Part shown: positions 9,901 through 18,944 of the stretch, one piece after another
Layout: each line of letters opens with the position of its first letter
How positions within the stretch are numbered: position 1 is the stretch's first letter
DNA from: an uncultured delta proteobacterium
GTDB lineage: Bacteria; Desulfobacterota; Binatia; Binatales; Binataceae
Direction: 5' to 3'
Length of the DNA: 64,000 bases
Assembly: GCA_963765675.1 (NCBI GenBank)
Contig: CAVXXK010000005.1
Span: 4,957-68,956, forward strand
Position numbers and translations under genes: made by a program
The notes under the pieces: generated by a model
Seen by the model: the letters and a program-made list of their open reading frames with translations, nothing else
Told to the model about the DNA's origin: nothing
Database searches by the model: none

Positions 9901-12900
9901 CGTCAAGCGGTGTCAAATCCACAATCGGAATTACAAGCTTGGGGTCGGGCACGAATTGTTGGTATTCGCCGTTAGCGTCGAATTTCGCCCTCAGCGCCTC
10001 GTGCCGGGCAACTACCCTGTCGACGGCTGCGAGAAATGCTGCTACGTCGAGATTGCCGCGTAGCTTCAAAGTGAACGATTCGTTGTAACAACACGACGCT
10101 TGTTCACTGAGCTTTGCGGAGAGCCAAATCTCCTTTTGTGATTCAGTCAAGGGCGCCTGCCGCACTGGAACCGTGTGCGTGTTCTCCTTGATCGAAGTCA
10201 ATCCAGGTTCGGGTGGCTCCGGAGTAATGCCGTTGCCATTCAGGTGCGAAACGGAGCCATTGCGCGGCAGTTCCATGGGCTCCGAGTGCGGAGCCGGCAG
10301 GAATCCCGCAGCCTGGATCTCGAGCACGGACTCCCTGAACGCCTGAATCACCCGCGCGATATCTTCGTCGCTGTGCGCGGTGGTCAGAAACAGAGGAAAC
10401 CCTTCTTGAATATGTACTCCGCGTGCGCGCAAATAATAGTACAGCAGGCCTGCATGGATCAGTTCAGCAGGTAGCGTGAAATACGCAATTGATCCGAAGG
10501 TATCAACATGCGCCTGAACCTCCCGCTCTTCAAACAATGCATTCAAGGCATCGGCCATGTGCGTGGTTTTATTCGCGAGGTGCTCCCATAGTTCAGGTCC
10601 CGCGGTGTTTAAGTGATTGAGTACTGCAAATGCCGCGGCCAGGGCGAGTGGATGTCGCACGAATGTTCCTGCGAAGAACGTCACGCCCGTCTCAGGATAT
10701 GAATTGTCGCCGTAGTTCCACGTTCCACCGTCGAGCGCGTCCATAAAGGCGCTTGTGCCAGCAAGGACGCCAATTGGCAGTCCGCCACCCAGAACCTTTC
10801 CGTAAATCGCGAGGTCGGCCTTGATTCCGAACAGCGCCTGACAGCCTCCGCGATGCACCCGAAACCCTGTAACTACTTCATCGAAGATGAGCGCGGTTCC
10901 TGATTGCCGCGTGATACGTCTGACCTCCTTCAGAAAGTCGATCGGCTGCAGCGCGGGATGGCGGCTCTGAACTGGCTCAACCAGAACCGCCGCGAGTTCG
11001 CCTGCGTGAGCTTCGATGTAGCGCAGAGCTTCGGGCGTGCCGTAGTCAAGGACGATTACGTTCTCAACTTTTTCGCGCGGAATGCCGGGCGCCACGGGCA
11101 GTGAGCGCGGCCCATTTGGACCGTTGACGCCCTTGACCACTACTTCGTCGAACATTCCGTGATAGGCGCCCGTAAAGAGGACTATCTTGCTACGGGCTGT
11201 GATAGTGCGTGCCACCCGTAACGCCGCGGTCACCGCTTCCGATCCGGTATTGCAGAAGGTTACACGCTCCATCCCGGTCATGTCGCAGATAAGATCAGCG
11301 ACCTTGCCGGCTAACGGCGATTGCGGTCCGGTCTCATAGCCATGATCGAGCTGTTCGCGAATCGCCCGATTGACGAAATCCGGCGCATGGCCAAACATGA
11401 TAGGGCCGTATCCGTTTACCAAGTCGATATACTCATTCCCGTCAACGTCCCAGAGCTTCGAGCCGCTGGAACGAACGGTCACGATCGGGTAAACGATTTC
11501 CTTCCACTGCAGGCGAAATCCCGCGGCGACTCGAGGGTCAGCCAGGTGGCTCCGATGCTGCTGTGTCAGCCGCTTGGAGCCTGCGGTCTTCCTGCTGTAA
11601 CTCTCCACGAGTGCGCGCAGATGTTGTGATTGAAGAGGAGTTAGCTCCCGGGCTTTCCCTGCTTCAACCGGTACGAATGGAATAAATTTTCTCGGAGTAG
11701 GTCCGTGTAGTTTGACGGCCGCGGAGCCGTTCAATCCGTCCACAGGTTCTCGTTGCGCAGTGGCTACATGGACAGTTCTCGGGTCTGTGATCTGGTCAGG
11801 CACCGCGACGAATGCCTTGGTTTCCGTGTTCCTGAGAACCTCCAACTGTTTCGCCATCAGGTCCGAAAGCGTCTGAAGTTGGGTTTTGAATAGAAGCTGA
11901 AGATCCGGGCCGCCTCCAGCAGACGCAACAGCCGCATCTGCAGGGCGCGTCGCTGCGCGAGTTCCGCCCGCTGGCCCAGCTTCATTAGAGCACGGCAATT
12001 GGTGTTCGGAACGCGAGCTTTCTAGTTCGGCAATATCCGAAGCCCCTGAGGGTAGAGCTTGTGGCGGCAGTTTCTCATCAAGGTAGGCGGCCAGCGCGTC
12101 GAGAGTAGCCAGTTGATCGAGTAGTTGTCTGAACGTGATCTTCAGGCCAAACTCGGCGTGCAACATTTGCGAGACCTGGGTCAAAAATAGCGAATCGAAT
12201 CCGAATTCGAGAAAAGTAACCCCGCTGGCTGCGTCGCCGAGTCTGAGACCCGACAAATCCTCGAAAATACATTCCAGCCTCGACAGGATTCGTGCCTTGC
12301 GAGTCTCCAGTCGGGGCGACTGGATCGCCGTACCTTCTGAACTACCGGCCGCGCGCGCATCTTCGGGTCGCTGCCCATTAACAGATGCATGGAGGGAAGC
12401 CTTGTAGCTCTCAAGATCAGAACCAGATTTTTCGGTTGAGCTGGTCCGGGATGAATCTTCTTGGCCCGCAAGTGTGTCCGCGTTTCGCGCGGCGGGTCGC
12501 GGGCCGCACCAAAACCGCTTGCGTTCGAACGGGTAGAGCGGCAGCGAAACCCTGCGCCGCGAGTCGCCCGCATAGATTTGCGACCAGTTGGGTTGAGCCC
12601 CGTGCAGCCAGAGTTGGCCGAGAGCGTTCAGCACCGATTCCTCTTCGGTTTGCTGACCGTTACGACCGGGCATCGACGCAATCACGAGTTGATCAGGATT
12701 GTTCGCCTGATGCTGTCGCGCGAGCACCGACAGAGTGTTGCCCGGCCCGACTTCCAGCAGGGCGAAGTCTTCGGCCCGCAGTTTGGCTGCGCCGATTGAG
12801 AATCGCACCGGTAGCCGAAGATGATTCGCCCAGTATTCCGGATCGGTCGCTTCACGCGCCGTAATCCAGTCGCCAGTCACACTCGATAAAAACGGAATCT

Positions 12901-15151
12901 CGGGAATACTTATCCGCACCGGATCCAGTAACCGGAGGAAGGGCTCCCGAGCCGTATCCATCATGCTCGAATGGAACGCGTGAGAGGTCCGCAGCCGCTG
13001 GCAGACGATTCCCTCGCTCCCAAGCCGCTGCTCCAGTTCCGCGATCGCTTCGCAGGGCCCCGCGACCACGGTGAGTGATGGACCATTGACCGCCGCGAGG
13101 TTCGCAGCGGGACCGATAAAGCGCGCGACATCATCCTCGCTCAGTCGGACCGATAGCATCGCTCCCCGAGGAAGGTCGTGCATCAAGGCGCCGCGCCCGG
13201 CGACCAGCTTAAGCGCGTCCTCGAGAGAAAAAACACCTGCCATGCATGCTGCGACGAATTCGCCAATGCTATGGCCGATCATTGCCTGTGGACGAATACC
13301 TAATTGAAGCCAGAGCTGCGCCAATGCGTATTCGACGACAAACAGCGCAGGTTGCGCGATGGCAGTATCGTTGATTTCTTCGTCGGTTGGCAATGTATAG
13401 TTGGAATCAAACAGATTTCTCAGATTCGGTCCCGAGCCTGCGACGAGGATCTGCAGACAAATGTCGACTTGCTTCCGAAACTCAGGCTCGGCGAAGTATA
13501 GTTGCCGCCCCATCCCAACGTATTGCGATCCCTGTCCAGGGAACATGAATGCGACCGCGAGACGATTAGACGGTGTGATCCGTGTGAGTACTCGTCGGCT
13601 GCCGCCTGCCAGCACCGTTACCGCGTCAGCGGTGTCGTGAATCACGGTCATTCGACGGGCCTCGAAAGAATGACGGCCCATCATAAGTGTATATGCAACG
13701 TCGGCTAATTCAGCAGTCGGATTGGCCACCAGACTATCGGCCAAGTTCGACGTCGCCGCGTTGAGTGCGGCCTCGGTTTTGGCGGACACCAATATCAGGT
13801 GGGCCCCACGCCTCGACTTTGTGGCGAGAGCTTCCGGCGCCTCTTCCATGACTACATGCGCGTTTGTGCCGCCGATTCCAAAGGCGCTCACGCCCGCGCG
13901 TAGGGGCGTGGTGCCGCGCTGCCACGGCGAGAGGGCCGTGTTCACATAGAACGGCGAGTCTTCCAGATTCAGTTTCGGATTGGCGCTCTCGAAGTGCAAT
14001 GTCGGCGGCAACATCCGATGATGCAGCGACATCGCGGTCTTAATCAGCCCGGTCACTCCCGCCGCAACGTCCAGATGCCCAACGTTGGTCTTTGCCGTAC
14101 CCAGCGCGCAGAACTGCCGCCGCGTGGTCGAACGTCGAAAGGCCTGTGTCAGTGCGGCAATCTCAATCGGATCGCCGAGCGGAGTTCCAGTGCCGTGCGC
14201 CTCGATATATGAGATCGAGGCCGGGTCCACGCCGGCCGCGGAATGTGCCATCGCGATTGCGCTGGCCTGGCCGTCGACTCCTGGTGCGGTAAAGCCGACC
14301 TTTGCGGCGCCATCGTTGGTTACTCCGAATCCTTTAATCACGGCGTAGATCCGATCCCGGTCGGCAACCGCCTCCTGAAAACGTTTCAGGAGAACCACCG
14401 CGGCGCCATCACCGAAAACTGTGCCCTGGCTCGCGGCGTCGAAGGTTCGGCAATGACCATCGGGCGATACCATCCCTCCCGGCTCGTATAGGTAGCCGCG
14501 CCTCTGCGGAAACGTGATCGAAACGCCGCCGGCTAGCGCCATATCACATTGATAGTTCTGCAGGCTGAGACATGCCTGCGATACGGCGACCAGTGAAGTA
14601 GAGCATCCGCAGTTAAGTGAGAATGCAGGTCCGCGCAAGTTCAGTTTGTAAGCGACCCGGGTCGGCAGAAATTCGAAATTGCTGCCCAGCGTAGTAATAA
14701 AGTTACTTACCTGATAACCGGCCGTATACTGAGAGATGTCATCGCGATTCGAGCATACGTGTTGTGCGAAGTAGCTATTGAAACTGCACCCCGCGAACAC
14801 CGCGGTAATACCCGTGTACACCAGCGGGTCATAGCCGGAATCTTCGAACGCATGCCAGCAGCACTCCAAAAACATCCGCTGTTGAGGGTCGATCAGCTCA
14901 GCCTCTTTCGGATAAATGCCGAAGAACGCGGCATCAAACTTGTCGGCATCCTCGATGATCGCGCGCGCGCGCACGTAGTTGGGCATCCCGGAAACCGCTG
15001 CGGCGTCATCGATTTCGAGCTCCCCCGGCGCAAAGTGAGTGATCGATTCAACGCCCGCGCATAGGTTGCGCCAGAACTCGTTGATGTCCCGAGCTCCCGG
15101 GAATCTGCCGGCCATCCCGATAATCGCGATGTCAGTCAGAGCGTCACTCAT
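6947..15151 (-). CDS. hybrid PKS-NRPS megasynthase, KS-AT-ACP-aminotransferase-C-A(Gly)-T
   Basis: 2734 aa. KS is aa 6-437 (GCSTSL Cys183, EAHGTGT, NVGH; nt 13841-15136). AT is aa 532-835 (GHSIGE, HAFH = malonyl type; nt 12647-13558). ACP is aa 951-1027 (GFDSL; nt 12071-12301). The PLP aminotransferase is aa ~1170-1617 (NTGSEAV, IFDEVVTGFR, YGKVLGGGLPIG; nt 10301-11644). C is aa 1664-2095 (HHIVCDGWS; nt 8867-10162). A is aa 2120-2610 (YTSGSTGKPKG, YGPTE, YRTGD, GRFDNQVKLRGFRIELGEIE, NGKLDR; nt 7322-8794). T is aa 2627-2695 (LGADSL; nt 7067-7273). Confidence 0.96.
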   Translation of the reverse strand: MSDALTDIAIIGMAGRFPGARDINEFWRNLCAGVESITHFAPGELEIDDAAAVSGMPNYVRARAIIEDADKFDAAFFGIYPKEAELIDPQQRMFLECCWHAFEDSGYDPLVYTGITAVFAGCSFNSYFAQHVCSNRDDISQYTAGYQVSNFITTLGSNFEFLPTRVAYKLNLRGPAFSLNCGCSTSLVAVSQACLSLQNYQCDMALAGGVSITFPQRRGYLYEPGGMVSPDGHCRTFDAASQGTVFGDGAAVVLLKRFQEAVADRDRIYAVIKGFGVTNDGAAKVGFTAPGVDGQASAIAMAHSAAGVDPASISYIEAHGTGTPLGDPIEIAALTQAFRRSTTRRQFCALGTAKTNVGHLDVAAGVTGLIKTAMSLHHRMLPPTLHFESANPKLNLEDSPFYVNTALSPWQRGTTPLRAGVSAFGIGGTNAHVVMEEAPEALATKSRRGAHLILVSAKTEAALNAATSNLADSLVANPTAELADVAYTLMMGRHSFEARRMTVIHDTADAVTVLAGGSRRVLTRITPSNRLAVAFMFPGQGSQYVGMGRQLYFAEPEFRKQVDICLQILVAGSGPNLRNLFDSNYTLPTDEEINDTAIAQPALFVVEYALAQLWLQLGIRPQAMIGHSIGEFVAACMAGVFSLEDALKLVAGRGALMHDLPRGAMLSVRLSEDDVARFIGPAANLAAVNGPSLTVVAGPCEAIAELEQRLGSEGIVCQRLRTSHAFHSSMMDTAREPFLRLLDPVRISIPEIPFLSSVTGDWITAREATDPEYWANHLRLPVRFSIGAAKLRAEDFALLEVGPGNTLSVLARQHQANNPDQLVIASMPGRNGQQTEEESVLNALGQLWLHGAQPNWSQIYAGDSRRRVSLPLYPFERKRFWCGPRPAARNADTLAGQEDSSRTSSTEKSGSDLESYKASLHASVNGQRPEDARAAGSSEGTAIQSPRLETRKARILSRLECIFEDLSGLRLGDAASGVTFLEFGFDSLFLTQVSQMLHAEFGLKITFRQLLDQLATLDALAAYLDEKLPPQALPSGASDIAELESSRSEHQLPCSNEAGPAGGTRAATRPADAAVASAGGGPDLQLLFKTQLQTLSDLMAKQLEVLRNTETKAFVAVPDQITDPRTVHVATAQREPVDGLNGSAAVKLHGPTPRKFIPFVPVEAGKARELTPLQSQHLRALVESYSRKTAGSKRLTQQHRSHLADPRVAAGFRLQWKEIVYPIVTVRSSGSKLWDVDGNEYIDLVNGYGPIMFGHAPDFVNRAIREQLDHGYETGPQSPLAGKVADLICDMTGMERVTFCNTGSEAVTAALRVARTITARSKIVLFTGAYHGMFDEVVVKGVNGPNGPRSLPVAPGIPREKVENVIVLDYGTPEALRYIEAHAGELAAVLVEPVQSRHPALQPIDFLKEVRRITRQSGTALIFDEVVTGFRVHRGGCQALFGIKADLAIYGKVLGGGLPIGVLAGTSAFMDALDGGTWNYGDNSYPETGVTFFAGTFVRHPLALAAAFAVLNHLNTAGPELWEHLANKTTHMADALNALFEEREVQAHVDTFGSIAYFTLPAELIHAGLLYYYLRARGVHIQEGFPLFLTTAHSDEDIARVIQAFRESVLEIQAAGFLPAPHSEPMELPRNGSVSHLNGNGITPEPPEPGLTSIKENTHTVPVRQAPLTESQKEIWLSAKLSEQASCCYNESFTLKLRGNLDVAAFLAAVDRVVARHEALRAKFDANGEYQQFVPDPKLVIPIVDLTPLDGQSREKRLAQFIADDARSPFDLERGPLVRANLIVVRPGEYRFIFTAHHIVCDGWSTNIILDEVRRLYNAACAGRSYELPEPMTFGAYAESQAKHFQSSNLSALETYWQEQFSTLPAFLELPLDRPRPATRSYEGATCRLRIPAESYRDIKLAGAQQKCTLFVMLLAAFQILLSRLSGQEDIVIGIPAAGQAALDGESLVGHCVNFLPLRGEVVNSLSAAQYLAQVRRTLLDAYEHQNYTYGRLIRKLPIKRDPSRLPLTEVQFNLERMGSGIEFSGLELTIEPNAKSFVNQDLFLNIIESADGLMLDCDYNTGLFDQATIERWLGHYATLLGAMSADPNQRISSLPLLSTAEHQRIIASWNDTQAEFPTERCVHQLFEAQAQRTPDAVAVVYEGRQLTYFELNHRADQLARHLQKLGVGVGMLVGVFVERSLDMVTALLGVLKTGAAYVPMDPTYPAERISFVLEDAKVPILLTQESLARSVPPGSRRVLYLDSHWSAITREDSENDPRPTVSSEDLAYVIYTSGSTGKPKGVEIPHRAVVNLLHSMSKTPGLGCHDTLLAVTTLSFDIAALEIFLPLTVGAKMVIASRAEASDGSQLLARLRQSGATAIQATPVTFALLIEAGWAERSTLKVLCGGEALSRELATQLLERTSSVWNMYGPTETTIWSSAIRVEPGPGPVPIGFPIDNTQFYVLDQAGQLAPIGCDGELYIGGAGVARGYLHQQALTSEKFIRDPFRVDGNERLYRTGDRVRRLTDGTLEFVGRFDNQVKLRGFRIELGEIESALAKHPGVTGAAVILREDTPGDRRLVAYVVSNQQALTVTAVREFLIGKLPDYMLPSAVVRLDSMPLTPNGKLDRCALPAPATVQFSRSHEFVGPRTASERTLAEIWAEILHLERVGIRDDLFELGADSLHIFQIAARATRAGMRVAAPLFFKYRTIEGLLAHAENENQNGTTIPMPAIVPVSRAKYRLSQTIVPDQKVGSS

Positions 15152-15193
15152 TGCAATCGATTCCGTTTGGACTCCATCATTTGAATCCGCGGA

Positions 15194-17125
15194 TCACCCC
15201 GCGCGTCGCGACAGCATTTCGCGCTGACGCCGAGCCCGAAGTTGCAGATCGTTGCCGACCGGCGAAAATTGGCTGTCGCCGCTCAGATGCTCGGCGAGGG
15301 TCGCAACGGTCGGGTATTGAAACAGATCCGTGATTATCAACTTTTCGGCGAGCAAGCGCTGCAGTTTGGAGTGGACCTCGATCAGTTGCAGCGAATCACC
15401 ACCGAGGTCGAAGAAGCTCGTGTCCACCTCAACCGCCGGCAGATGCAGGACATCGCGCCAGACCGAAGAGATTGTCGTTTCGATTTTGCTCAACCGCCCC
15501 GTGGGTTCTCGATTGGATTGTGAGGCCACCGCGTCTTCGCGAAGCCGCACGAGCGCATCACGATCGATCTTGCCATTGCGAGTCAGCGGAATTTCAGCGA
15601 CCGCCACGAACGCCGCCGGGATCATATAGTGCGGCAGCTTCTCCATAAGAAATGCGCGCAATTCTTGCTGCGCGGGTGCAGGGAACGAATGCGGCGTTAC
15701 ATATGCGACCAACCGCTTTTCCTCGCAGGTATCTTTTTCCGCCACGACCACGGCATCGCGGATGGCCGGATGCTGGCGCAGGGTCTCGGCAATCTCACCG
15801 GGTTCGATTCGATATCCAAATATTTTGACCTGATCGTCCATGCGTCCCAGAAATTCAAGGGCGCCATCGGCGCGATACCGGACGAGATCGCCGGTGCGAT
15901 AGAGGCGCTGCGAGGACTCCGCGGCCCAGGCGGGCACCACAAATTTTTCCGCAGTCAGATCGCCCTGGTTCAAGTACCCTCGAGCGACTCCATCACCACC
16001 GATGTAGAGCTCTCCAACTTCTCCCACCGCCACCTGATTGAACTCGGAATCCAGCACCCACACCGGGGTTCCGGCGATCGGAAATCCGATTGGAACCGAA
16101 GGTCCTTCCAGATATTCCGGGTGCGCAGTAAGACACACCGCAAAGGTCGTCGCCTCTGTCGGGCCATAACCATTTACGAGCCGGCAACCGGGCAACGCCG
16201 CGACCGCGGTGCGAAAATGCGCAAGCGATCCCGAATCGCCGCCAGTTACTAACTGCTTGAGTCGGCAGAGTGCATCTGGATGATGATCGATCATCAGATT
16301 GAACAATCCCGCCGGAAGCCAGACTGTGCTGATTTCATAACGGCGAATGGCCGCCGCGATATCCTCGAGCGCCGGCGTCCCCGGCGGCAGGAGCACCAGG
16401 CTGCCCCCGTTCAGCAAGGGTCCCCAGATTTCAAGTGTTGCCGCATCGAAGCAGACTGGCGCTAACTGCATGAACCGCTGGCCGGCGTCGAACGATAGAT
16501 AGTCCGTGTTTTTCACCAGGCGAATGACGCCGCGATGTTCGATCAGGACGCCCTTGGGCGAGCCGCTCGAGCCCGAGGTGTACATCACGTAGACAAGGTT
16601 GTTAGCAGCGACCCGTGCATTGAGATTAGCTCCGTCGCGTAATCCGATCGCGGCTGCTTCGCGATCGATTAGCAACAGCTTTGAGAGCTCATCCGGCAGT
16701 GACCCGATGCATGAGGAATCGGTGATCACGATCGGCGCGCGCGTATCCCTCAGCATGAATGCAAGGCGCTTGCGGGGATAATCGGGATCAAGCGGAACGT
16801 AAGCGCCACCGGCTTTGAGTACCGCGAGCATGGCGACCACTAAGTCGAATGAACGGCGCAGACAGACGCCGACCAATACTTCAGCCTGCACGCCCTGTGG
16901 GGCCAGATGGCGGGCCAGGCGATTGGCGCGCTCATTCAACTCACGGTATGTGATTTGCTCATCGCCCAGGATCAGCGCGATAGCCTCGGGGTTGTGAGCG
17001 GCCTGCTGCTCAAACCATCCATGGACCGTAGCGAGATGACTCTTTTCCGTACGCCGCCCGATGTCAGCCATTCGGCATTGGCCGTACCTCGATAGTGACG
17101 CTGACGATTCCGCACCCTTTACCAT
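15194..17125 (-). CDS. stand-alone NRPS adenylation-thiolation (A-T) protein
   Basis: Core motifs are YTSGSSGSPKG, GYGPTE, GELYIGGDGVARGY, YRTGD, GRMDDQVKIFGYRIEPGEI and NGKIDR, followed by the carrier motif LGGDSLQL. The ORF track extends to 17296 and overlaps the upstream gene. The ATG at 17125 (7 nt after the upstream stop) is preferred; the ATG at 17191 is an alternative. Confidence 0.9.
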   Translation of the reverse strand: MVKGAESSASLSRYGQCRMADIGRRTEKSHLATVHGWFEQQAAHNPEAIALILGDEQITYRELNERANRLARHLAPQGVQAEVLVGVCLRRSFDLVVAMLAVLKAGGAYVPLDPDYPRKRLAFMLRDTRAPIVITDSSCIGSLPDELSKLLLIDREAAAIGLRDGANLNARVAANNLVYVMYTSGSSGSPKGVLIEHRGVIRLVKNTDYLSFDAGQRFMQLAPVCFDAATLEIWGPLLNGGSLVLLPPGTPALEDIAAAIRRYEISTVWLPAGLFNLMIDHHPDALCRLKQLVTGGDSGSLAHFRTAVAALPGCRLVNGYGPTEATTFAVCLTAHPEYLEGPSVPIGFPIAGTPVWVLDSEFNQVAVGEVGELYIGGDGVARGYLNQGDLTAEKFVVPAWAAESSQRLYRTGDLVRYRADGALEFLGRMDDQVKIFGYRIEPGEIAETLRQHPAIRDAVVVAEKDTCEEKRLVAYVTPHSFPAPAQQELRAFLMEKLPHYMIPAAFVAVAEIPLTRNGKIDRDALVRLREDAVASQSNREPTGRLSKIETTISSVWRDVLHLPAVEVDTSFFDLGGDSLQLIEVHSKLQRLLAEKLIITDLFQYPTVATLAEHLSGDSQFSPVGNDLQLRARRQREMLSRRAG

Positions 17126-17132
17126 GCGCACG

Positions 17133-18824
17133 CTACGGCCCCAATTTGCCCGCGGTCTGTTCGCGTTCAATTCCGAAATCGCTTCTGACATTTCCAGCTC
17201 TAGCGACGCGGGTACGGTCTGCCCGACTCGGCAAGACTCTCTCCTTGCACCCGAATAATCTCTCCGCGACGATGCCGCGTTGGCAGGCCGTTGCAAGGAG
17301 CCGGTCTGATTCCACTATTGGATTGGAGAGATGGTCGTAGCGAATACTGCTGACGAACTGGAGCCACGGCTCCTGGCCCATCGCATATACGTAGAGCTCC
17401 CGGCAATTGAATTGCTCAACCAGGCCAAGCGCGCTCGAGTAGTCTGACGCGTTGGCTCGCCGCGACTGATCCATCGCTCGTTCCAACCGGCGGGTCAGCA
17501 ACGGACCATAGATCCAGCTTAGCGGTGCGCCGTCACATTCCATGCCGATGAACATCGTCTCGACATCGCCAATTTGATCGTGCACGTTCCGATACAGCGC
17601 GGGACTCAGGTTGCGCGAGTCCGCCAATAGCAGCATCGAATGGCAGCCACCCCGAACCAACCATGCGGTTTTGCTTCGGATAGCAAGGTCGCAGTGTTCA
17701 CCAGTGAATGGGATTGACTGGATGGAGCCGGAACCTAAGTCGATCGTTTCCATTTCGTCGATTTCGCGCACGTGTTTGAAGCCGCATGCCTCAAGGATCA
17801 GTTTCAGCGAAGGATCCTGAAGGGCACCGCCCGAGTTTTTAGGTACCAGGATGGTCCCGATTCGGTCCCGCAACTGGAGCAAAGTTTCCAGCAGGACATG
17901 ATCTTGATGCGCGTGCGTGAGCAGGACAAAGTCGATCGATTCAGGCAGGTCTGCGTAGGTGAATCGCTCGGACGCACCGTCGAAAGCGTAACCGATCGCC
18001 GGATCGGTGAGAATCGAGAAGTCACTGCTTTCAATAAGGACACATGCATGGCCGAAATATTTCCAGCTAACACCGGGCCCTTTATAGCTTGTAGATTTGC
18101 GGGGCTTTTCGTCTGTCAGGAATGACCTCAGGATAGCGTTGTTATGCTCTGATAGACCCAACACATCCCGAATTTCGCTGAAGGATGCCGGCTGGGACTT
18201 GAGGCGATATAAAGCGTCCACTGCGGCGCCGGCAAAGCGCACCCTCCAATTGATCGAATCCGGACTGGCGAGCCGCGGGGTGCTGAAAATGAACGGCCGA
18301 CCGTCGTCCTTGATTGCCGAAAGCATCAAGCTCTGGCCGTTCGGATCGTAGTATCGACTTGCATAAAGCAGCCGTTCGATAAACCTGTACGACGCCTGAT
18401 TTTGAAGATCGTAGCCGAGCTCAACGTAGCCCTGGAGCGCGGCCGGGACTAAACGATACAAGGGCTCCAGCGAGTACCCTTTCGCGTGATCGGTCAGCAA
18501 TGAATCGAGCTGGCCAATCGCGGCGGATAGCTCAATCAAATTATGCCGCGCAGCAATCGTATGATCGCGCAAAGCGGAAATTTCGGCGATTCGGGCATGC
18601 TCGAAACTCATGAACGGGCCGCCCGCCAGGTTTGGATCGCGTGCCGCTGCCGCGTGGCCATCTGGGTTGCTTAAGTAAGACTCCATTATCCGCAGATGAC
18701 GCTCAGTCAGATTGCGGGCGGAGGTTGCAGGCGCGACCAAATGCGGCCAAGCGTACCACTGATCGATCAGCGGTTCGACTGCGATATTTGGCCGCAGGTA
18801 TAGCTTGTCGGTACTACGATGCAC
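17133..18824 (-). CDS. MBL-fold diiron protein, CmlA-like amino acid beta-hydroxylase candidate
   Basis: 563 aa, with a ~250-aa N-terminal domain followed by a metallo-beta-lactamase fold. It has THAHQDH (H304, H306, D308, H309; nt 17898-17915) and downstream acidic residues E376 (FTGEH), D402 (LLADS) and E429 (GMECDG). It sits immediately upstream of a stand-alone A-T, like the CmlA/CmlP pair. Confidence 0.6.
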   Translation of the reverse strand: MHRSTDKLYLRPNIAVEPLIDQWYAWPHLVAPATSARNLTERHLRIMESYLSNPDGHAAAARDPNLAGGPFMSFEHARIAEISALRDHTIAARHNLIELSAAIGQLDSLLTDHAKGYSLEPLYRLVPAALQGYVELGYDLQNQASYRFIERLLYASRYYDPNGQSLMLSAIKDDGRPFIFSTPRLASPDSINWRVRFAGAAVDALYRLKSQPASFSEIRDVLGLSEHNNAILRSFLTDEKPRKSTSYKGPGVSWKYFGHACVLIESSDFSILTDPAIGYAFDGASERFTYADLPESIDFVLLTHAHQDHVLLETLLQLRDRIGTILVPKNSGGALQDPSLKLILEACGFKHVREIDEMETIDLGSGSIQSIPFTGEHCDLAIRSKTAWLVRGGCHSMLLLADSRNLSPALYRNVHDQIGDVETMFIGMECDGAPLSWIYGPLLTRRLERAMDQSRRANASDYSSALGLVEQFNCRELYVYAMGQEPWLQFVSSIRYDHLSNPIVESDRLLATACQRGIVAERLFGCKERVLPSRADRTRVARAGNVRSDFGIEREQTAGKLGP

Positions 18825-18944
18825 CGTGGTTTACGCCTTACTTCGTCATTAGAAACCTGATCTCATAAGCCATCCTCTGTCGCAGTTCCGCACCACGTGC
18901 CGCCCGTCCTCAGCGGATTGCAGACAAAGCTCCTCGAGCGGTGC

